Below are positions 9,800 through 20,441 of a DNA stretch of 20,441 nt, piece by piece (positions within the stretch are counted from its first letter, which is position 1; every line of letters starts with the position of its first letter). Source of the DNA: Azolla caroliniana (taxonomy: Eukaryota; Plantae; Polypodiophyta); assembly GCA_043228905.1 (NCBI GenBank), contig JBHGNT010000569.1:1-20441 (forward strand). Reading direction: 5' to 3'. Below the pieces are notes generated by a model. The model saw only the letters and a list, made by a program, of their open reading frames with translations, did no database searches and had not been told where the DNA came from. The position numbers and the translations under genes are program-made.

Positions 9800-10414
9800 T
9801 ATGCATGTTGGAGAGATGTAAGCAAGTTTTTATGAACCTCGGAAGCAAGGTTGAGGCTCAATGTGCTTTTGAGAAGCTAGCTAATCAAAATGGGTGGTCA
9901 TCTAATGCCCTTATCATGGGTTATGTGAGACATGGAATGCCATAGGATGCTATCAAATTGCATAAAAAACTGAAGGAATGCTAAGTAATACATGGTACAA
10001 CACATATTTTGGTGGCATTTATCAAAGCTTGTTCTCAGGTGGACCTAGAAAGAGGTTCTAAAATTCATGCAATGATAGAAAAAGATGGTTCTCTAGATAT
10101 GTTCCCTGGTCGTGTTGAGAAAGCACTTTATTACTATAAAAATATGTAGCTTGAGCGAGTGTCTCCGGATGCAATACATTTATTTTTGGATTTCAAGCTT
10201 GCAATGGCATATAATCCATTGATAAAGGCCAAGAAAATCCATAGTCAGCTTGTAAAAGGAGTGGTTTTCTTTTGTGAAACCAACGTTGTTGGCAATTCCT
10301 TGCTTGATATGTATGCTAAATGTGGCTTGGTTGCTGAACCTACACAAGTGTTCAAGAGTCTTTCAGTTAAAGATGTTGTCTCGTGGACATCACTAATAAT
10401 AGGATATGTAGAAC
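9800..10414 (+). pseudogene. PLS-class pentatricopeptide repeat (PPR) pseudogene, 5' part
   Basis: Translated relics: FEKLANQNGWSSNALIMGYVRHGMP*DAIKL, FIKACSQVDLERGSKIHA, M*LERVSPDAI, KKIHSQLVK and VVGNSLLDMYAKCGLVAEPTQVFKSLSVKDVVSWTSLIIGYVE. In-frame stops and frameshifts are present. The 5' limit is approximate. Confidence 0.88.
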
Positions 10415-10472
10415 TAATAATAGGATAGTTAAAATTATATGAGGGTGATTATTGATGCCGTTGTCGTGATGT

Positions 10473-11006
10473 AATAGTGTAGTTCCACGCACATTACACA
10501 AACGATTATAAATATGAAAATTATCCTAGGGTCTAGTGGCATTTGAGTGCATATAGAGGGGTGCAAGCAAGATTTCAACCTTGCACCTCCAAGATAGAAT
10601 ACATTTATCTTACCATTAGGGCTACTTCCAAGTACTTTAAATGCTATGTATTTCTTGTCATATTCAAAAGGCATAGGAAAACAACCGTACAAAACCGTGA
10701 GCACAAAACCATGTTCCAAGCCCATGGTTTTGTGCCTGCCACAAAAAAAACCGTGTGCCCAAAACCATGGGTCGAAGCCCATGGTTTTGTACTGTTGTTT
10801 TCCTATGCCTTTTGAATATGAAAAGAAATGCATAATATTTAAAGTACTTGGAAGTAACCCTAATGGTAAGATAAATGTCTTCTATCTTGGAGGTGCAAGG
10901 TTGAAATCTTGCTTGCACCCCTCTATATGCACTCAAATGCCATTAGGCCCTAGGATAATTTCTATATTTATAATCGTTTGTGTAATGTGCGTGGAACTAC
11001 ACTATT
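10473..11006. mobile_element. 534-bp foldback palindrome (MITE/foldback-like non-autonomous element)
   Basis: Arms 10473-10702 and 10777-11006 are reverse complements with no indels and 13 mismatches by manual count (~94%). The 74-bp spacer has internal hairpins. The inverted repeat is certain; the mobile-element call is inference. Confidence 0.8.
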
Positions 11007-11045
11007 TCACAATTTCTCCCATTGGACACGCAGCATCACGACACC

Positions 11046-12777
11046 GTTAAATTGTATGGATTAACTATTGGATTGCATGTTAACTTCAACAAGTCCAAAC
11101 TTCTACCCTTGACACCATATAGTTGGCATCAAATTTTGTGGCCAAGTCAAGTTATTAGCCCAAATGAAATGGTTAGACATCTTGGCTATCCGTTGGGATG
11201 GAATGCAATAGGGAAAAGAAAGGTTGAATGGGTTCTGCAAAAAGTGAGACAAAAGCTAAGCTATTGGAAGATTGCAACATGGCCATTACATGTCACATTG
11301 AGGATAGCGCAATCTATATTCATAGCTTACATGCAGTATTACTTAATTATGATTGATTGGCCAAAACACATGATACAAAAGATTAACTTAGAAATCATAA
11401 GCAGCTTTTGGTGCTCTAAGTAGTCGCATAGAGGTATAGGACTCCTATCACTGAGAAGATATGCACTCCACGATTGAGTGGAGGGCTAAATATTCTTCAT
11501 TTGCATTTGCATATGTTGGCTAAAAAAGCTACTTTATTGCCAAAATTTACTGAAAAAACATTGCCTTGGGGAAGAATGTTATCTTATATGTTTGATAATT
11601 TGAAAACCAAGTCATTTGGCTCATGGGATACTAACCATTGGGATGTACTGTTTGGAAAGCTTGACGGGCACATCAAAAGCTGACCGTTTAGCTCAACGCT
11701 TCTAAAGCATGGGAAGGAAGTACTGCACCACATAAAATGGAGAGATAGGAATTCAGAATCAAGGAACTCTTTACGCCTCGAAACCTTACACTAGAGTGTT
11801 ATATTCCCACAATCACTAGCCGAACAAGAGGCTAGGAAAGCTTAGTTTTTAGCAAATAAGGGGCTAAAATCAATTGCAGATGTGGTAAATGACCAAGGTC
11901 ACTTATTGCACTTCAATGACATGACATGTCATTATAGTCTGGTGCCACATCATTGCGTTATCTAGAATCAAGTCACAGAGTTGTTACTTTCCTTAGTACC
12001 TATGCCACATCTAGATGGAGATCGCAGGATTTAGGATTGGATGTTACAAAAAGGGAACATTGTTATTCCAATACATAACATTACAACACATTCAGTGTAT
12101 ATGTTGTTGCGACCTGTCCCATGGTTTCACGAACATGCAAATGCATTATTGAACCTACACAAAACGTAGTCCTAGTGGAAAAACAAGCTTACAAGCTTAT
12201 GGAGCTCAGATCTTCCACTTAAGCAACAGGTATTCCTATGGAGATGTCTATTGGGTGTGCTCCCGACTAGGTCGAATCTTCAAAAGAGATCGATAGCCTC
12301 GCTGCATTATGCAAGATGTGGTGGACGATTGGAAACAGTCCCACACTTATTATGGACTTGCTCATTCACTACAACATTTGTACAAAGACTAAGTGCATCT
12401 CTTTATCACAGATTTCCTAGCCGAAGGTTTGGTAAAGACTTTTGGATATTTGGGCAAATTTTGTACGCCCTATCCAACAATGCCAATTTTCTCCAATGGA
12501 CACGATTTTGGGCATTCTTGACCATTTGGACAGCCCACAATAATGTCTTTGATCGAAACCAACTACATGAAGTTAGCTTCTTTAAGCAATCCCTCAAGTA
12601 ATCTCTATTTGATTGTCTGCAACTTAGAGACATCACACTGCAAATTTACAATCTTTACTTTGAGTGTTTTTAAGCTCTTTAGTGTCTAATCGACACTTGT
12701 ATACTTTTATTTATTCTTTATGGGTTTTCACCTCACTTTTAGGTTTCCCACTAGTAATAAAAGTGTTACTAAAAAAT
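11046..12777 (+). mobile_element. 5'-truncated, degenerate L1-type LINE (ORF2 RT C-terminus, zf-RVT/CCHC region, 3' UTR, short A tail)
   Basis: GLHVNFNKSKL (end of RT), VRHLGYPLG, KVRQKLSYWK, GGLNI and VFLWRCLLGVLPTRSNLQKR...ARCGGRLETVPHLLWTC (zf-RVT-like). Several stops and at least one frameshift. AATAAA at 12756-12761, A6 at 12771-12776, and TSD ggatatg(t/c)agaac at 10402-10414 and 12778-12790. Confidence 0.9.
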
Positions 12778-12815
12778 GGATATGCAGAACATGGTTATGG
12801 TGGTGAAACATATAA
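12778..12815 (+). pseudogene. PPR pseudogene, 3' remnant after LINE
   Basis: GYAEHGYGGE continues the interrupted motif DVVSWTSLII-GY(V/A)E-HG across the TSD. Confidence 0.75.
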
Positions 12816-14310
12816 GAGCGGACTATCTTGTATATTGCCTTTGGCCACTTTAATTTTAATACCAATTCAGGATGTTTTTTATGGGGGAAAAAAGGAAGCA
12901 AAACACTAGGCAAAAGTGCTTGAGATATCTATAGATAAATTAACATAATATGGTAATAAAATGGAGGCTAGAAAAAATCAAAGGAAGAACACAAAAGAAC
13001 AACTAAAACCCAACAAAGCTATCAAACTAAGGACGACTCAATTGAATGGCTAGAGACTAGGGCACACCATATATATCACAACTTTGATTATTGAAGTAGG
13101 ATCTCTACGAGAGTGGGCAATAGTGCGAGGGTTTGTGTAGATGAACCATGGTCTGCTACTAAAATAGCAAATCAACATCTCAAAGTATAATGATATACCA
13201 CATGATTATTTTGTCCTACTCCATAGAAAAGAACATAACACACTTGCACTCTTCTTTATCAATGGCACCAATAATTGATAAAGGTGGTTACAACAATGAG
13301 AATGAGATTAAGGGAATGGGAAAGATATTAGAGAAATTATATGTTATAACCATTTAGGCAAGCATTGATGGGATTTTATTGAGAAAGGACATTGGTATGG
13401 AGAACAAGGAGGCAAATTTCGTCCATATGTCCAAGTAATAGTAGGTCAACGGAATATTGAAAGAACTTAACTTATTTTAGGTGACCATTGAAGTCTTATA
13501 CAACAAACTCAACGATGACATACTAGTCTCAACATATTACAAGAATAGATTGAAACTAATCAATGCAATATGGAATATAAGGGGAGAGGGGTGGGGGGGA
13601 AATCTACATATAAAAAGGTATTTTCATCAACTTCTTAGACAAGTGATGGATATATCATCTAAGCACAATGGTAACTAGGGCATAAAATTTACCTCCCAAT
13701 AGTAGGTTGGCAAAGCAAAATTATGGTTTCAAAAACCACTTGTAAGTGTTCGGTGTCGTAATAGTTAGGGGAACATACCCATAGCAACCCATAGGCAATA
13801 AATTGATCTTATTAACTATATATTCACTTATAATTTACCTTGAATTCAAGGTTGCTTCTTGTAGGAATGTTGTAGCCATTAACATTGTTGCTTCCATATG
13901 ATAGTAATACAAATAACTTTAAGGACATATAATAGTATACACATTGAGATAATATGCAATAGAGTTATTATTGTGGCCAATGTGTATACTACTATAGGCC
14001 CTATATTTGATTACACACTATAGGCTTTGAGTTTACCATCATCCATCTGTTGTATGTCATGATCTGGCTTGGGACAATCCTCCTTAGCCACTAAGATCGG
14101 CCACGCGTACTCATCTAATTCACCACAATATGGTTCATCATGACATGTATATTCACTAACAATGTGAAATTATCTGGTGGTTTATAGTTGTGTTTTTCGA
14201 ATCATACATACATACATATACATATACATTTGTCTGTTGTCAATACATAATGGTTCATGAGTTGTCTACTTCCATTACAGGAGGTGGGGGATGTCTTATC
14301 CCCCATATAT

Positions 14311-14751
14311 TGTTACGGGCATGACCATATAATATCCCGTAGTGAGAATTTACTGTAGTATTCTATACACGTGGATAAAGTGTGAGGGTTAAACGATAGT
14401 GTAAAGAAGGGGAGGATTACTTTTAATCCTCGGGATTGAGACAACCCATTAGGCCAAGTGTGAACTTGCTTGGGGGCCTTGGGTCTTGCTATAAATATGA
14501 GGCCTAACTACCCTCATTTCATCATCTCTTGACTACGTCGAGACTCTGTTTCGTGGTGGGTCAACTCTTGTAGCGAGTGCGCCAGCACCAAGTAAGACTC
14601 GACACCACGACGATGGTATGGGACGTTGATCGAGTCCGTCTCGATCCCTTTGCTCAAGGGTGGTCGGGTGGATCGACACCCTTCTTTCTCTCTCTCCTTT
14701 CATATATATTATATCCTTATCATATGCTTACATTAGATCATCACTCTAACA
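14311..14751 (+). mobile_element. Solo LTR (441 bp) with 5-bp TSD
   Basis: Termini TGTTA...TAACA form a perfect 5-bp IR. Identical TATAT flanks lie at 14306-14310 and 14752-14756, and a TATA box tataaata lies at 14490-14497. Confidence 0.8.
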
Positions 14752-16799
14752 TATATTGTGATGCATGCTCTCATAGGGATATGATCGGGCACAATATCAT
14801 TTAGAAGGGCCATTGACATCTTGGGTCAAATGTTATTGTTGTCTAAGAAGAAAGAAAATCCAAACTGATCTTTGGTTGAATTATTTGCAAACATGCATGT
14901 TTGAACGGTAGAATTCTCGGTCACTGGTAATATATAATTATTGTTTTTCGAACTATCTTTCATGGTGTTTCAATGATCTATTTTAAGCACGGGATGGATT
15001 ATCAATTATATTATGGCTTATGATTGTAGTCTATGAGTTATGGGTTACAAATCTCAAATAATGTGGAAAACATTCATTGAGTTGGATTTAGAATGAGCAC
15101 ACTTCTCTTGTGAAATGGGAAAACTAGTTTTTTTCGAACTAGCAAGCTTTGTGCCAACAAATCATGTTTTGGCCAATTCTTTTACTTTAGCCGCAAACTT
15201 GTGGAACCTTTCCAAAGAAATGAGCTTCTTCCCATATCAAGAAGCACAATGAAATATATTGTGCTTTTAGTTCCTGAACAATGACATAAAGTTACGTTTT
15301 TTATGTTACCAAAATGCCTTATGTGCATGCAACAATACCAACAACTTGATGGGTCCAAGAGTTGCACAAACTACCCTGCTCAATCTCGCCATGGTTTGAG
15401 TTTGGCACACAATTTGTATGCGTAATGTAGATTTTTAGAATCCATTTGCCTTAAAATCTCTCATGAGAAATGGGCTTCTCATCTACAACTCACTTCACAT
15501 TATGAAGTAGTGACCTAGAAAATCATGACCCTTAGTAAGTGTTGTTAGATTGGTACCTTTCCCCTACTTAAGCTCCATAAAGTAGACTTTAAAGAAGACG
15601 TCATATATAATTTTTTTACAGCCCCATAAGTGGCATCATTGTTTCACAATAGTTACATCAATTCATAACCTATCTTCACCTAGGGTTACACCCTCGACAA
15701 TTCGTTCCAACTATGCTTTGAAGAGACATTTATACCACTGTACTTGAAAACACGAACGAAGTTGACTACTTGATGATAGACATTTCTTTATGTTATACGT
15801 TTTTCATTATCATAAAGACTAATGTTTTTTTCTATTAAAAGCCCACACTCATCATGAAGAAGAAATCTTGTAGTATGTCTAGGGGCCTTTGCCTTGCATT
15901 TACAATGTATGGAAATAAAACAACATAATAGAAAAGAAAATGCATCTACAAGTAGACCATTTAGGATTTTTCGTTGAGATTAAAATTCAACGGGAATGGA
16001 CACGTTGATTGATGCAAAAACCAAACAATGTTGATGAGAATGGACATCCTTGTTTGACTCTAGAGTCTAGACGTGCTCAAGAATCTATTCGAGAGAATAC
16101 ATCAATGCTTTTGAGGTGACAATTACCTTTTCCTACGAATTATCAAGTGACTTGTAACATCCACTCCTTCATCCTTAGTCAAAGATGACAAGGGTCTATG
16201 TCGATTGCCTTTTTGACATCAATGAGTGAGGGAGGGAGGGAGGGAGTATGTGGGTACTGTACAATACAAGTTCTCAAAAGTGTCAAGGTTTCGTTTATGA
16301 TATCATGTTTAGGCATGATTTTGCCCATCCAATTGTGTTCTTTTTTTTAAAGTTGTGGCCAAATGTTAGTCTCTTGTTAAAATTAGAGGAAGAAAAATAT
16401 GGCCATTCTATGTCTGATGATATTTTTCATTTGCACACTGTCAATTTAGAGGAGATCCACCAATGAGGAATTAAACTAGCCATGTCTCTACCTATTAAAT
16501 GAAAAATCATCTCTTGCATAAATATAACATGTCTCCTTACCTCAATATATCCACGCCTTTTTCTTCTTTGGGCTATTTTGTGTGATCTCTCTCTCTCTCT
16601 CTCTTCAAATATACCCCTTTTATTAGGGGCACAATAAAAATACATGTCATAATCGTAGAAACATTGTTTCAAACTTCAACTAGAACTTTATCTTTAGTTA
16701 ATTTCATCGTTGAAGTCATTATTTGTGTATGTAAGCACTAATCTTGCGTGAATTGAAGCATTGTGATGACGTTCTATTATACTTATGAGATGGTTTGAC

Positions 16800-16984
16800 C
16801 ACTCCGATGGAGTTGAAAGACAACAACTAGCCTTCATCCAACAATGGTCGTCCTCTCCCTTTCTTGACTCAGTGGGCATCCACATAAGATGGAACTACCA
16901 TGCCCCTACAAGGATTTGTATGTAACATCCTCATTTGTAAAATTTTATAACTAATGGAAGGAGTATTTTTTTTGGAAAAAAAAA
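16800..16984 (+). mobile_element. Short 5'-truncated non-LTR retroposon insertion (probable LINE 3' end)
   Basis: Flanked by the 19-bp direct repeat acttatgagatggt(t/c)tgac (16781-16799, 16985-17003) and ends in an A run (16976-16985). An internal frame reads ...QQLAFIQQWSSSPFLDSVGIHIRWNYHAL..., resembling a LINE ORF2 C-terminus. Confidence 0.75.
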
Positions 16985-19560
16985 ACTTATGAGATGGTCT
17001 GACAATGATTCGCCTAGCTATGCATGATATGATCATATTACTAAATCAAAGTTGGTCAAGATTGTTTAATGAGAATATTCTTCAAATGAGTATGCCAATA
17101 GTTAGTGTTTATTTTTAACAAGTAATGCACACTTAGCTAACCTAAACTTTGATATTAGTTGGCATTTAATTTGATAACTATTTTGTATGTATATTTCTCA
17201 ACTACAAGGGACGTGTTTTGAAATTTCTCCTAAATATTATTATGCCTTCTTGGGTTGTTTGATAAATGCCAGTCCATCTTCTTCTTGTTTTGTTTCTCGA
17301 TTTGACTATTTATGCTTTCGCCACAAGAGTGCAACGATAGATTCTATGTGCTTATCTATGTGAAGAAACTCAACCTTTGTCCTTGTTGGTTTTCACTCAT
17401 CATTAAACCATGGTTTTATAGTCACCCTCTTTCACACTTCGATTACATTTTGAGTTCTTTCCGAATATGTTTTTATTCATTGCAAAAAGGCATTTCGATT
17501 TGCTATCAACTTGGTTTGGTTTCTTTGCTTTAACTTATTTTCAAGCACATTCATCCATTTCTCTTTATAATCTTTGAGATATATATATATATATATTTCT
17601 AAACAACATATCCTTCCATTAGTTTAAAAAAATGCATATCAACGACAAAATACAAAATAGTTGGAAAGGAAGTGACTATCCTTCCCAAGCCCATCTTGTG
17701 TAAGACAATGGCTAGCCATGGATCCTTTGTTTGATGAAATTGATTGAACACTAGCAGAATTGACAACATTGATCCCTTAAGGTAATCCATACTATATAGA
17801 AATTCCCTAGGTGTATCATCACAATTTATTTGTACTTGTATGTGTTTACCCAAATTGGCATGGGTGTGGGATTATGGTAATGAAATGAAAACTTAACAAG
17901 TTGAGAGGCTTTATGTGGAGAGATGGAAAATGAGAATACGTATGATGAAAAATGGAAGGAGGAGGAACATACATGAAATAATTCAAAGAACATTGAGCTA
18001 ATGTCTTGTGAAAATGAGGAGATCTCGAACCTAGGTCCTCTATGTTTTGACTTTTTTGGTTTTCAACATTTCATGTAATTTATCCATGTTAAACAAGTAT
18101 AGCTTAAAAGGCAAGGAGAAGGGGAGGTACAAACAACATTCCGGCTACTTACTAATGCACATACATACATGCACACACGCCACGATAAGCACACACTTTT
18201 CTAAGAGAATTGGCTTTTAGTTTCATCAGATAATTTATAGTTATCTACTTTTTATCAATAATTTCATATTGGGTTTCTTTTTAAGATCCAAAGATAAATA
18301 TACTAGAGAAACTTTATCTTTAATCCATGAAAATCACCACAATATGTGATATGCACTAGGATGGTTTTGTCCACAAACTTTTAGAAGCACACATTCTACC
18401 CAAAGAAACAAAATTATCATGTTCCACTAGAATACATCTTCATTGATAATGACTTTAACATGAAATAAAAACACTTTATTTATGCGTTTATGAAAAGGAG
18501 TACAATGGCGAATATATACGGAAGTTCTTAAAGGCATGACTTTGAAAAGGTTAAATACATCATTAACTATGCATTATTGGTGCACTCCCTTGTGCATGTG
18601 TGCATGTTAAGGATGTCTTATTGTACGAAAAATCTTGAAAATACCCAAACATTGTTGACATTAGAACCTACCACTAGGGGATAAGCAACTTGATCATAGC
18701 ATCTAGTTTCATACTGAAGGCGAGATATATACTTTCATTCATTTTTACAAAAATTCTGGCGAAAACCCAACAATTTTCGGCAATAAAACTTAATTCCCAA
18801 GAATAGTTTGTAGATTATTCTTAATTATATCCTTCTCCAATTCATTGTTTTGTATAAATGACAATTTTATTGCAGTAAGTATTCATTATTTCATTATAAT
18901 GAGAAGGATGCCCGTTACTTATTTCATCACTTATAACTAGCTCTAGGAACAACTCAAAACTCAAAAGTTACGATTAAACATTCATCGCCGAAATTTGTAT
19001 GCATGTGTTTTTTGTATGCGTAATATATATATATATTCAGATCTTGATTTGGTAACTAAATGTGTCTAGGTCTCGTGAACATGAAAAGTTCTTGTGCAAC
19101 TCTCTGATTCTAAATGATGGACATATATCTTTACAAAGTGCAACGATATGTTGAATATGCGAAAATAACATAATGAGTTATAGCTTTGAGTTTTTAATGA
19201 TCCTCGTCTACGAGTTTGCTTACATGCTCTTTTTAGCTTCCATTATGCGTTTTCTTATCCAATATCACTTTATCGTAGTTCATTTCCAAAAGGCAAAACG
19301 TAAATGTTATGATGTCTTCTTGTGGTCATCAAACACTTCCTCCTAAGAGATAAATTGATACATTCCCTCCCCTACCCGCAACACTATTGTCTTGGTTGGG
19401 TAGCTATATTTTAGAAAATTTCCACAATCCATGTTAGCACTATTTTAATTTAGTAGTAAAAATTGAAGAGAAAATAAAACCTACTAAAAGACACCACATG
19501 CATGCATTGTGTAACTTCTTGACTCTATTGTCCTATGAAAATTTTAGTTCCACTAAGATT

Positions 19561-19612
19561 CCATGTCATGTCCATGTTGTCCATGTTGTCCATGAGTTCT
19601 ATAGTCCATGTT
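19561..19612. repeat. Short 9-bp minisatellite (GTCCATGTT)
   Basis: ccatgtcatgtccatgttgtccatgttgtccatgag...gtccatgtt. Confidence 0.7.
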
Positions 19613-20441
19613 AGTAAGGAATCAGGATTTTACACAATCTTAACAAAATGAATCTCTCCCTCTCTCCCTCTCTCACACACACAACATGCAACCCTTGACA
19701 GTCAATAATTGATCAAACAAATGAGGTAGATACTCAAGGCAAAAAACTTGACCCTTTTAATTGCTATTATAATTGTGTTTGGATCCTCAAACATAAATTG
19801 TACATTAGAAATGATACTTCCATTGCAGGAAGCTCGTGTTTTGAATCTATCTAGATATCTTTCAAACTTTATTGATTAACTGCACTTTTTTAACATTACA
19901 AATAAACATTCTACTCGTCTTGATCTTCCTCGTTTCGCCAATTCAAGAGGTATTTTTATTTCGAAACACACATCATCGTATCTCATTGTCCACTTCTAAT
20001 GAGAAGGTTGTGTATAACAAGCCATATGCTCAACGAATAGTTGACATGCTGATAATATGTATGCATCAAAAAGTTAGTTGATATATGTGACACACATATG
20101 CACAAACAATCACTAACATGGGCAATGGTCACATGTACAAATAACAACATGATTTTTGCTTTTTGGATGTAGTTGTATAATAAAATATAAGATGCTGATC
20201 TAATTAAAAATTAATTCAAGTTTTTATCCATTTTTTGTGATCGTAGGGCCACATTTTCTTATCGTTGAGTACTCAAGCTCTTTGTAAAGGTATATCTCTC
20301 GTTAAAATATTTGGGTGTAATTTGGATATTCTTGCTAATTGATTTTTTCCTATGATTAATTGATTCCAAGATCCAATTCTCATGGGCAATTTAAAGGTGC
20401 AAATAACTAAAATGCATCTATGAGAGAGTGCAAACATGCAT

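Noticed and set aside
10475-11004. CACTA transposon call for the palindrome
   Set aside because: The motif is inside-out (begins TAGTG, ends CACTA) and there is no 3-bp TSD.
10435-11050. Four mirror-image ORFs (10435-10833, 10543-10815, 10646-11050, 10664-10936)
   Set aside because: They are reciprocal copies created by the palindrome, mostly with non-ATG starts and no domain-like features.
12900-14280. Possible decayed coding or retroelement sequence
   Set aside because: Purine-rich and vaguely coding-like, but no motif I can identify by eye.
15100-16240. Possible MITE or RT remnant; 12-bp palindrome gactctagagtc near 16057
   Set aside because: Only short scattered matches, no definable termini or TSD, and no convincing RT motif.
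17010-20441. Short ORFs (17312, 17599, 19872) and any gene in the distal region
   Set aside because: AT-rich intergenic composition with no recognisable protein motifs or exon structure.

Overview
Eukaryotic land-plant genomic DNA. The PLS-type PPR relic and repeat landscape suggest a fern or other non-seed plant, but that is inference only. The only intact gene is absent from the ORF track because it runs off the window edge: the 5' end of a SMAX1/SMXL karrikin/strigolactone-signalling repressor on the minus strand (ATG at 367, open to position 1). Its inferred 5' leader has three uAUGs, hairpins, telo-boxes and a likely intron, followed by a GA/CT-rich promoter zone with a G-box/ABRE (to ~2.1 kb). 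The remaining ~18 kb is intergenic transposon debris. It includes a PPR pseudogene split by a TSD-bounded L1-type LINE insertion, a clean solo LTR (14311-14751), a 185-bp 5'-truncated retroposon with a 19-bp TSD, several tandem duplications and a palindrome cluster at 6727-6832. The most unusual structure is a 534-bp foldback palindrome (10473-11006; 230-bp arms, ~94% identical, no indels). It has a centre of two tandem hairpin modules and lies inside the LINE's TSDs at its 5' junction. All counts and alignments were done by eye.
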